DNA of 38,871 nt, taken from assembly GCA_028817255.1 (NCBI GenBank), contig JAPPQA010000026.1, forward strand, positions 1-38,871. Direction: 5' to 3'. Below are positions 29,474-36,835 of the stretch, piece after piece; the first letter of the stretch is position 1; the number at the start of each line of letters is the position of its first letter. The position numbers and the translations under genes are program-made. The notes beneath the pieces are model-generated. The model was not told the origin of the DNA. It was given only the letters and a program-made list of their open reading frames with translations, and searched no databases. Origin of the DNA: Gammaproteobacteria bacterium (GTDB lineage: Bacteria; Pseudomonadota; Gammaproteobacteria; Porifericomitales; Porifericomitaceae).

Positions 29474-31438
29474 TCAAGCTTGCGTTCCGGTGGCCAGGGG
29501 CAAGCCCTGCGGCAGGTTGCGCCGTCGCCAGGCTGTCCGGTACCGGGGATCGGAGAGCGCCAGCGTTCCCCCCAGGCCCATCACCAGCGCCCCAAGCCAG
29601 ATCCAACGCACCAGCGGCTTGTAGTGCAGGCGAACGCTCCAGGCCCCGTTCCCGAGCGGTTCCCCCAGCGAGACGTAGAGATCGCGCAACAGCCCGCCGT
29701 CTATCCCCGCTTCGGTCATCACCGCGTCGCGCACCGAATAATTGCGCTTTTGCGAATGCAGCACGACCAACGTCCGCCCTTGGCGGGCAACGTGAAACTC
29801 CGCTTCCGTGGCGCGGTAATTGGGGCCGGGGACGCTCCGTAGCGCAGCCAGTCGGAATTCGTAACCGGCCAGCATCGCGCTGTCCCCGACCGCCATGCGC
29901 TTATGCGCCTCGTCGCTATGCAGGCTGCTTACCAGGATGCCGCACATGGTGACCGCCAGCCCCATATGGGCCAGGCACATTCCGTAGAAGCCGCTGGACA
30001 GGTTCTGGCGACCGGCGGCAAGCCGCAGCCGCAACGTTTGCAGCGTGCCAAGCGCGATCCAGGCCGCCATGCCCGCTCCGCAGGCTGTCGGCAGGACCCG
30101 GTCCTCCGTCAGCAGCGCCGCGCAGGCGACGCCTACCAGCACGCTTCCCCACAGCGCGGCGCGCAGGCGGGGCCACAAGGCGGAGGCCGCATCCGCGCGC
30201 CAGCGCACCAGCGGGCCCATGCCGACCAGCACGATCACCGGCGCCATCAGCGGCACGAATACGGCGTTGAAATACGGAGGACCTACGGACAGCTTGCCCA
30301 TGCCCAGCACTTCCGCCGCCAGCGGGTAGAGGGTGCCAAGCAGGATTGTCGCCGTGCTGACCGTCAGAGTGACCGCGTTGACCAGCAGGAAGGTCTCGCG
30401 GGACATGGGCCGGAACTTTGGCCCGGCCGGCGAATTCGGCGCCCGCCAGGCGAACAGCGCCAACGCGCCGCCCACAAAAACGGCGAGTAATCCCAGGATA
30501 AACACCCCCCGCTCCGGATCGGTGGCAAAGGCATGCACCGAGGTTAGCACCCCGGACCGCACCAGAAAGGTCCCCAGCAGGCTCAGGGCGAAGGCGCAGA
30601 TCGCCAGCAGCGCCGACCAGTTCCGGTAAACCCCTCGCTTGTCGGTGGCGGCCAGCGAATGGATCAGGGCTGTGCCGACCAGCCAAGGCATAAAGGATGC
30701 GTTTTCCACCGGGTCCCAGAACCACCAGCCTCCCCAGCCGAGTTCGTAGTAGGCCCACCAACTGCCCAGGGCGATCCCCAGCGTCAGGAACACCCAGGCG
30801 GCTATTGCCCAGGGGCGCGCCCAGCGCGCCCAGCCGAGGTCCAGACGTCCCTCCAGCAGCGCGGTGGCGGCAAAGGCAAAGGCCACGGCAAACCCTACAT
30901 AGCCCATGTAGAGCATGGGCGGGTGGAAGATCAGGCCCGGATCCTGTAACAGCGGGTTGAGGTCCGCTCCGTCCGGCGGGGCAGGGAAATGCCTTTCGAA
31001 CGGATTGGAGGTCAGGAGCATGAACAACAGGAATCCGACGCTGATAATGCCCAATATGCCGAGCAGGCGCGCGGCGAAGGCGTCCGGCAGGCTTCGGCTG
31101 AACATCGCTACCGCCAGCGTCCACAGGCCCAGCACCAGCGACCAGAGCAACAGGGAGCCCTCGTGCGCTCCCCAAACCGCCGAGACGCGGTAGCCCAGCG
31201 GCAGGGCGGAATTCGAATTCTGCGCCACGTAGAGCACGGAGAAGTCGTGGTTGACGAATGCCTGCGTCAAGGCGCCGAAGGCCAGCGCCAGGCAGACAAA
31301 CTGGATCGTTGCCATCGGCCGGGCCACGGCCATCCACGGCGCGACGCCGTACGCCGCGCCCATGAGCGGCAGGATTGCCTGGATCAGCGACGCGCCCAGC
31401 GCCAGCGCCAGGCAGAACAGCCCCAGCTCGACGATCAT
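29474..31438 (-). CDS. ccmF: Cytochrome c heme lyase subunit CcmF
   Basis: 654 aa, polytopic. Trp-rich motif WAYYELGWGGWWFWDPVEN. ATGA overlap with ccmE. Confidence 0.95.
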   Translation of the reverse strand: MIVELGLFCLALALGASLIQAILPLMGAAYGVAPWMAVARPMATIQFVCLALAFGALTQAFVNHDFSVLYVAQNSNSALPLGYRVSAVWGAHEGSLLLWSLVLGLWTLAVAMFSRSLPDAFAARLLGILGIISVGFLLFMLLTSNPFERHFPAPPDGADLNPLLQDPGLIFHPPMLYMGYVGFAVAFAFAATALLEGRLDLGWARWARPWAIAAWVFLTLGIALGSWWAYYELGWGGWWFWDPVENASFMPWLVGTALIHSLAATDKRGVYRNWSALLAICAFALSLLGTFLVRSGVLTSVHAFATDPERGVFILGLLAVFVGGALALFAWRAPNSPAGPKFRPMSRETFLLVNAVTLTVSTATILLGTLYPLAAEVLGMGKLSVGPPYFNAVFVPLMAPVIVLVGMGPLVRWRADAASALWPRLRAALWGSVLVGVACAALLTEDRVLPTACGAGMAAWIALGTLQTLRLRLAAGRQNLSSGFYGMCLAHMGLAVTMCGILVSSLHSDEAHKRMAVGDSAMLAGYEFRLAALRSVPGPNYRATEAEFHVARQGRTLVVLHSQKRNYSVRDAVMTEAGIDGGLLRDLYVSLGEPLGNGAWSVRLHYKPLVRWIWLGALVMGLGGTLALSDPRYRTAWRRRNLPQGLPLATGTQA

Positions 31439-31869
31439 GGAGGTTTGGCAGTGGATATGCCCAGCGCTTCGGCCACCTCTGGCGGCATATAATTTTCGTC
31501 GTGCTTGGCCAACACTTGGGATGCCTGGAACACGCCGTCTTCGCGCAGGCGCCCGTTGGCAATGATTCCCTGTTCCTCACGGAACAGGTCGGGCAGTACG
31601 CCTTCGTAGAGCACCACGATTTCCCGCTTCAGGTCCGTTACCGTAAAGCGTACGACAAGGCTGTCCTGGTCGCGCCGCACGCTGTCCTTTACCACCAGGC
31701 CGCCGACGCGGAAGTCTCTCCCGGAGGGCGCCTCTCCGGCCGCCACCTCCTGGGGCGTGTAGAAATACAGCAAATTTTCCTGAAAGGCCATGAGGATAAG
31801 CGCCGTACCCGCGGCAGTTGCGGCGAGGATCCCGCACACCATCCACTTCCGCCGGGTGCGCAAGTTCAT
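31435..31869 (-). CDS. ccmE: Heme chaperone CcmE
   Basis: The ATG at 31869 gives MNLRTRRKWMVCGILAA (membrane anchor). OB-fold region and heme-binding HDENYMPPEV motif. Confidence 0.9.
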   Translation of the reverse strand: MNLRTRRKWMVCGILAATAAGTALILMAFQENLLYFYTPQEVAAGEAPSGRDFRVGGLVVKDSVRRDQDSLVVRFTVTDLKREIVVLYEGVLPDLFREEQGIIANGRLREDGVFQASQVLAKHDENYMPPEVAEALGISTAKPP

Positions 31870-32024
31870 GGATTTTTCCGGTTTCGCAGGAGGCGCAATG
31901 CCCGCCTCTCGCGCCAGGCGGGCACCAGCGCATTTAACAGCAGCACCGCCGCTGTCACTCCGTAAGATGCCCATACGTAGGAGGCGTAGCCTCCCATGGC
32001 AAGAAAATCACGCACAGTTGTCAT
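31866..32024 (-). CDS. ccmD: Heme exporter protein CcmD
   Basis: 52 aa, MTTVRDFLAMGGYASYVWASYGVTAAVLLLNALVPAWRERR, typical CcmD. 4-nt overlaps with both ccmC and ccmE. Confidence 0.78.
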   Translation of the reverse strand: MTTVRDFLAMGGYASYVWASYGVTAAVLLLNALVPAWRERRALRLLRNRKNP

Positions 32025-32773
32025 CCCTGTGGCCCGGTTTCCCCCAGCGCCGCCTTGCGCACCCAGGCATGATTGCGTTCCCGGGTCAGGATGTCGCAAC
32101 GCGCCCGGATCAGCAGGGCATACGCATAGTAGCACATGAAGCCCGCCGCCATGCACAGCAGCGGCGTCAGCATGCTGGCATGGATGGCGGGCGCGGCGAG
32201 ACGGCTTACCGAGGCTCCCTGGTGCAGAGTATTCCACCATACCACCGAATAGTGAATGATCGGGATATTTACGATCCCCACCAAGCTTAGCACCGCCCCG
32301 GCGCGGGCCGCTGCCCTGCGGTCTTCGATTGCCGACTGCAACGCCATGTAGCCCAGGTAGAGGAACAGAAGGATCAACTCCGAACTCAGGCGCGCGTCCC
32401 ATACCCACCAGGCGCCCCAGGTCGGTTTGCCCCAGATCGATCCGGTGACCAGCGCCAGGAAAGTGAAAGCCGCGCCCAGCGGCGCGCTGTTGCTCGCCAC
32501 CACCTCCGCCAGCTTCAGTTTCCATATCAGCAACACTGCCCCGGCAGTGGCCATGACCATGTAAACGAATAGCGACATCCAGGCGCTGGGGACATGCACG
32601 TAGATAATGCGGAAGACGTCTCCCTGCAAATAATCCGGCGGCGCGAGCACCAGGCCCCCATACGCGCCGGCCGCCAACAGCAGCGCGCAGGCAAGTCCGA
32701 GCCATGCGCTTAATCGTCGGGAGAGAAAATAAAAATCCCGTAGCGACGCGTATTTGTAAAACCGTTGGAACAT
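32021..32773 (-). CDS. ccmC: Heme exporter protein CcmC
   Basis: The ATG at 32773 gives MFQRFYKYASLRDFY. RIIYVHVPSAW and the Trp-rich WGKPTWGAWWVWDARL motif are present. Confidence 0.92.
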   Translation of the reverse strand: MFQRFYKYASLRDFYFLSRRLSAWLGLACALLLAAGAYGGLVLAPPDYLQGDVFRIIYVHVPSAWMSLFVYMVMATAGAVLLIWKLKLAEVVASNSAPLGAAFTFLALVTGSIWGKPTWGAWWVWDARLSSELILLFLYLGYMALQSAIEDRRAAARAGAVLSLVGIVNIPIIHYSVVWWNTLHQGASVSRLAAPAIHASMLTPLLCMAAGFMCYYAYALLIRARCDILTRERNHAWVRKAALGETGPQG

Positions 32774-33474
32774 CAGCCGATCCGTACCCGCAGGGAAAGG
32801 GCGGCAGCCGGGGGCGCCAGTGCCAGGGCGAGGAGCAGCATGCCCCCCAGGAAATAGAATTCGGCAGTCGGCGCGCGGCCAGCCGCGGCATTTTGCACGG
32901 CTACGGTGGAGACGATCAACACCGGCACGTACAAAGGCAGGAGTAGCAGGGCGGGAAGGGCGCTGCCCTGCCGCAGGCCGACGACCAGGGCCATGGCCAC
33001 CGCGCCGACCAGGCAGAGCGTCGGCGTGCCTATGATCAAGGTAAGCAACAGGGGCGCCAGAGCCGCGGCCGGCAGGCGCAGCAGTATCCCCAGCAGGGCC
33101 GCGGCCAGGAGCAGCGGGAGCCCGCTCAGTATCCAGTGCGATACGACCCGGGTCGCCAACAATACGCTCAGCGGATGGGGCGAGAGCAACCACTGGTCCA
33201 GCGTGCCGTCCTCGAAATCGGGACGAAACAGTCCATCCAGCGACAGGCAGACCGCGAGCAGGGCAGCCACCCAGACGATGCCCGGCGCCGCCTGCCGCAA
33301 TAGGGCGCTCTCCGGTCCCAGGGCCAGCGGAAACAGGGCGCCCACCGCAACGAAGAATATCAGGGGGACGGCCGCTTCCGCGCGGCGGCGGGATGTCAGC
33401 AGGAATTCTCTAGTCAGCACTTCGAGACAGGCGCGGCCCAGCGAGGCGGCGGATGCGCCTGCCAAGGGCGCCAT
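32773..33474 (-). CDS. ccmB: Heme exporter permease CcmB
   Basis: 233 aa from the ATG at 33474 (alternative ATG at 33534). PLIFFVAVGALFPLALGPE, FEDGTLDQWLLSP. Six TM segments. Confidence 0.85.
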   Translation of the reverse strand: MAPLAGASAASLGRACLEVLTREFLLTSRRRAEAAVPLIFFVAVGALFPLALGPESALLRQAAPGIVWVAALLAVCLSLDGLFRPDFEDGTLDQWLLSPHPLSVLLATRVVSHWILSGLPLLLAAALLGILLRLPAAALAPLLLTLIIGTPTLCLVGAVAMALVVGLRQGSALPALLLLPLYVPVLIVSTVAVQNAAAGRAPTAEFYFLGGMLLLALALAPPAAALSLRVRIG

Positions 33475-33612
33475 GTTTGCGGGCGCCCGGGCCTGCAAAG
33501 GCGCCCGTTCCCGGGGTTCCTCGCCGCGCGTCATTGTTCTGCCGCGAGCCGGTTCGCCGCGCCCGGGTCGCCGCATGGATTTTCCGCAACGGCGCCCCAT
33601 TCGGGCAGAGGC

Positions 33613-33640
33613 TTGACAACCGGGAAACGGTCCATATAGC
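33613..33640 (+). promoter_or_regulatory. Candidate sigma70 promoter for the multiheme cytochrome module
   Basis: TTGACA (33613-33618), 16-nt spacer, TATAGC (33635-33640). It sits in the only AT-rich patch of the ccmB/cytochrome divergent region. A TACAAT also occurs at 33652-33657. Confidence 0.35.
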
Positions 33641-33700
33641 ATTTCATGAACTACAATGATAAACGATAAAGCCCTGGGCATACGATAGAGATGCCGAACA

Positions 33701-33723
33701 GCATATCGTGGGGCACGATATGC
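33701..33723. promoter_or_regulatory. Perfect 10-bp inverted repeat (candidate operator or leader hairpin)
   Basis: GCATATCGTG-ggg-CACGATATGC, with no mismatches. It lies about 60 nt downstream of the candidate -10. A related half-site, GCATACGATAG, occurs at about 33679. Confidence 0.4.
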
Positions 33724-33779
33724 GAAGCGTCGGTAGCGTATCTCCAGAGGTTCTATCGGTAAGTAGTGGAGGGCGCGCA

Positions 33780-36395
33780 ATGACAGGCGACAGCTGTATT
33801 GCGTTGCGAAATCGTTCTTGGTTGGGGCGCTTTGCGCGGGGCGGCGCATTCGCATTCGGGAGAATTCCGCGGGCGTCGCGCGCGTGGGTGGTGGCCTGCC
33901 TTTCGCTTGCAACCCGGTGGGCCGGGTTGCGGTTGCCGGTTCCGTTGCGGTTGTCGGTTCCCGTTCGGCGGCGCCGGAACCCGCGGGCCTTGCTGTTGGG
34001 TTCCCATAAACGCCGGGGTCATTCCTGCCTTTTGCCCTGTCTTTTGCTGTTGCCGTTGCCGCTCTTTGCCGATGCGGCTCTGGCGGCGCCGGAAACCGCG
34101 CCGTCGCAAGGGGGATGTGTCAGCTGCCACCAGGGCATTGAGCCGTTCTCGGATTTGCAGGGCCCCATGATGGCCGCCATCATGGCCATCGGCAGGGCCA
34201 ACCAGGACCCCCAGGGATGCGTGGTTTGCCATGGCGGGAATCCTGTTGCCGCGACCAAGGAAGAGGCGCACTCCGGGGCGCCTGTGGCGCTGAAAGAGGG
34301 CATAGGGCCACAGATGTTCTATCCGGATCCGGGCAGCGTATGGATTGCGGACCGCACCTGCGGGCAGTGTCATGTCGGTTATGCCGAACGCTTGACTAAA
34401 TCCCTGATGAACACCGAAGCCGGAAAATTGCAGGGTAATTTATGGTCTTGGGGCATGCTGGACGATCACAAAGTGATCTGGGGCAACTACGCCATCAAGG
34501 ACGAGGACGGCCCTGTTCCCAAGGTGGGCACGGATGCCTACAAGGAATACATGACGGCATACGTAAAATCGCACCCCGATCAAATGCCGAGCGAAATGAA
34601 GCAAGTGCCGGATGTCGATCTGAAGACGCTTGCCCAGCACCCGAATCAGGCCGGGTTTACGTACTCGCGCCAGCAATGCCAGCGTTGTCATGTGGGCGTA
34701 ACGGGACGCGAGAAACGGGGCGACTACCGCGGCACGGGATGTTCGGCCTGTCATGTTCCCTATAGCAACGAGGGTTTCTACGAAGGGGGCGATCCGACCA
34801 TCAGCAAGAAACAGCCCGGCAAGTTGCTGGTGCATCGGATGCAGGCGACCCGCAAGACCAAGGTCACGGTCGGCGATACTACCTACTCCGGCATCCCTTC
34901 GGAAACTTGCAATACCTGCCATAATCGCGGCAAACGGATCGGAGTGAGCTACCAGGGGATTATGGAGTTTCCTTACGGCAGTCCCTACAACGAACAGGGG
35001 GGCAAGCAGCCGCCGTTGCATACCAAGCAATATCTGTTCATTAAAGATGATCTGCATCATCAGATAGAAAGCCGGGAAGGCAACCCGAAGGGCGGTTTGC
35101 TGTGCCAGGATTGCCATACCACGATCGACATGCACGGCGACGGGAATTTGTTTGGGACTACCCTGGCCCAGGTTGAGATCGAATGTTCCGACTGTCATGG
35201 CACTCCCGATCGAGCCCCCTGGGAATTGCCGATCGGTTATGGCGAGGAGTTTCAGCAGCCCGTGTCGGCCAAGGCGCGCGGGTTGGCCGACAAGTTGACG
35301 CCTCATATGGCTATGGCGACAATCTACGATCCGGAAGATGGCTACCTTTTGACCGCGCGCGGCAATCCTTTCGGCAATGTGGTCAAGCGGGGCGAAAAGG
35401 TCGTCTTGCACTCGGCCTCCGGGCTGGATTTCGAGGTTCCCGTGCTTAAATCCATCAAGGAGCATGACTCGTGGAATTCCATTAATGGCAAGGTGGCGAT
35501 GTCGCGGGTTTCCAAGCATATGGATAGCCTGGAGTGTTACGCCTGTCATGCGGACTGGGCGCCGCAATGCTATGGCTGCCACATCACTGTGGATTATTCC
35601 AAGGGGAAAACCGATATAGACTGGATCAGGAATGCCAACTCGCGGCGGCCCAACGGTTTGACCGTGGACAACGATTTGGGCACCAATGGGCTTCCGGGGC
35701 CCGGAAAGGTATCCGAGACTCGTTCCTACCTGCGGTGGGAGACTCCTGTGCTGGGAATCAACGGCGAGGGCCGCGTTAGCCCCATGATGCCGGGATGCCA
35801 GGTGGTTACCACCGTGATCGATGCGCAAGGGAAGACGGTAGTTTGGAATAAATCCTGGGAAACGCCCAAGGGCAAGGGGATGGATTATGCCGCGGTCCAG
35901 CCGCATACGGCGGGGCGCAAGGCCCGCACTTGCGAAAGCTGTCACAATAATCCGAAAACCCTGGGCTACGGGATCGAGGATGGCCGCTTCCTGAAGGGGT
36001 ACGACAAAGGCTTTGTCGTAGATCTGGTGACGGCGGACGGGAAAGTGATCCCGCGGCAGTACCAGCAGCAGTCGTCTCCCGTGCCCGGCCTGGATCATGA
36101 TGTTTCCCAAATTGTTACCCGGGATGGGAAGCAGTTGGTCAGCGTCGGTTCGCACTGGCCTCTGACCGGGCCGTTGCCGGCCAAGATGCGGGAAAAGATA
36201 GAGCGCACCGGTCTTTGCATGGGCTGTCACCAGGAGATGACCAACGAAGAAATCTGGCCCAAGGTTAACTCCGAAGGTTGGGTGGATAACGAGGAGCACC
36301 GGCAGGTGATGAACCGCGCATTGCACGAGTACGCAAAGTCCGCTCCTCTGGAGCGCGCGGATGAAGACAAGGGCGAAGACAAGGACAATGAATAG
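33780..36395 (+). CDS. Secreted dodecaheme c-type cytochrome (12 CXXCH), family unassigned
   Basis: Twelve CXXCH motifs. First Cys at residues 137, 171, 218, 324, 345, 401, 466, 492, 610, 621, 742 and 837 of the ORF numbered from 33708. Sec-type signal: KRRGHSCLLPCLLLLPLPLFADAALA|APE. The start is uncertain. The ATG at 33780 has a GGAGG RBS but leaves about 70 aa before the signal peptide. TTG/CTG codons at 33945-33996 give a normal signal peptide. Confidence 0.85.
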   Translation: MTGDSCIALRNRSWLGRFARGGAFAFGRIPRASRAWVVACLSLATRWAGLRLPVPLRLSVPVRRRRNPRALLLGSHKRRGHSCLLPCLLLLPLPLFADAALAAPETAPSQGGCVSCHQGIEPFSDLQGPMMAAIMAIGRANQDPQGCVVCHGGNPVAATKEEAHSGAPVALKEGIGPQMFYPDPGSVWIADRTCGQCHVGYAERLTKSLMNTEAGKLQGNLWSWGMLDDHKVIWGNYAIKDEDGPVPKVGTDAYKEYMTAYVKSHPDQMPSEMKQVPDVDLKTLAQHPNQAGFTYSRQQCQRCHVGVTGREKRGDYRGTGCSACHVPYSNEGFYEGGDPTISKKQPGKLLVHRMQATRKTKVTVGDTTYSGIPSETCNTCHNRGKRIGVSYQGIMEFPYGSPYNEQGGKQPPLHTKQYLFIKDDLHHQIESREGNPKGGLLCQDCHTTIDMHGDGNLFGTTLAQVEIECSDCHGTPDRAPWELPIGYGEEFQQPVSAKARGLADKLTPHMAMATIYDPEDGYLLTARGNPFGNVVKRGEKVVLHSASGLDFEVPVLKSIKEHDSWNSINGKVAMSRVSKHMDSLECYACHADWAPQCYGCHITVDYSKGKTDIDWIRNANSRRPNGLTVDNDLGTNGLPGPGKVSETRSYLRWETPVLGINGEGRVSPMMPGCQVVTTVIDAQGKTVVWNKSWETPKGKGMDYAAVQPHTAGRKARTCESCHNNPKTLGYGIEDGRFLKGYDKGFVVDLVTADGKVIPRQYQQQSSPVPGLDHDVSQIVTRDGKQLVSVGSHWPLTGPLPAKMREKIERTGLCMGCHQEMTNEEIWPKVNSEGWVDNEEHRQVMNRALHEYAKSAPLERADEDKGEDKDNE

Positions 36396-36792
36396 AAATC
36401 GCGGAGCGAAGGCCGTTTTCGGTTTCGCGGGTCTGTTGTTATGCCTGCTCGGGAGTTCTGCCCGGATATGGGCGCAGGAGGACACGGGAGAGGTTTCCGA
36501 TTACACCGTGAGGCAGCTCCTTGCGCCGTGCACTGAGGGCGATAACGATTCCCGGTGGGGGGCCGTGGCCGAATCCGAGTGCGAACAATACATCAAGGGC
36601 TTTACCGATGCCCTGCTCATTTTCTCTGCCGACAGCGACGGTATTTGTTTGCCCGAGGCGGGGAACCGGCCGGATGAAATTCGCTGGGCCTTCATGAAGT
36701 GGGCCCACCGCCATTTTTCGGAGATCGACGAGTTATCCGCTGCCGAGGGCGTGCAAGCTACGTTGCAGGCATCTTTCGCCTGCGATAAGTAA
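36388..36792 (+). CDS. Small secreted four-cysteine protein (possibly Rap1a/Tai4-like fold), function unknown
   Basis: The ATG at 36388 lies inside AATGAATAG and so overlaps the cytochrome stop codon (translational coupling). Signal peptide MNRNRGAKAVFGFAGLLLCLLGSSARIWA|QED. The mature protein is about 105 aa with 4 Cys, including CEQYIKGFTDA and ICLPE. Confidence 0.65.
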   Translation: MNRNRGAKAVFGFAGLLLCLLGSSARIWAQEDTGEVSDYTVRQLLAPCTEGDNDSRWGAVAESECEQYIKGFTDALLIFSADSDGICLPEAGNRPDEIRWAFMKWAHRHFSEIDELSAAEGVQATLQASFACDK

Positions 36793-36835
36793 GTAAATTT
36801 CGTTTTGCGGCCTTTGTTGAGGTTCTTCACGCCTT

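Noticed and set aside
33475-33912. Possible ccmA remnant or pseudogene upstream of ccmB
   Set aside because: None of the minus-strand frames shows Walker A, ABC signature (LSGGQ) or Walker B motifs. The region is only about 440 nt and partly AT-rich and promoter-like.
33966-33998. Twin-arginine (Tat) signal in the cytochrome leader (VRRRRNPRALLLG)
   Set aside because: It does not fit S/T-R-R-x-F-L-K. c-type cytochromes matured by Ccm are exported unfolded via Sec, so the arginines are more likely just a basic n-region.
34440-36485. 681-aa ORF antisense to the multiheme cytochrome gene
   Set aside because: The sense strand carries 12 CXXCH motifs and a signal peptide. The antisense product has no motifs and a biased composition. 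It is codon-phase-locked to the sense frame, where sense codons rarely create antisense stops.
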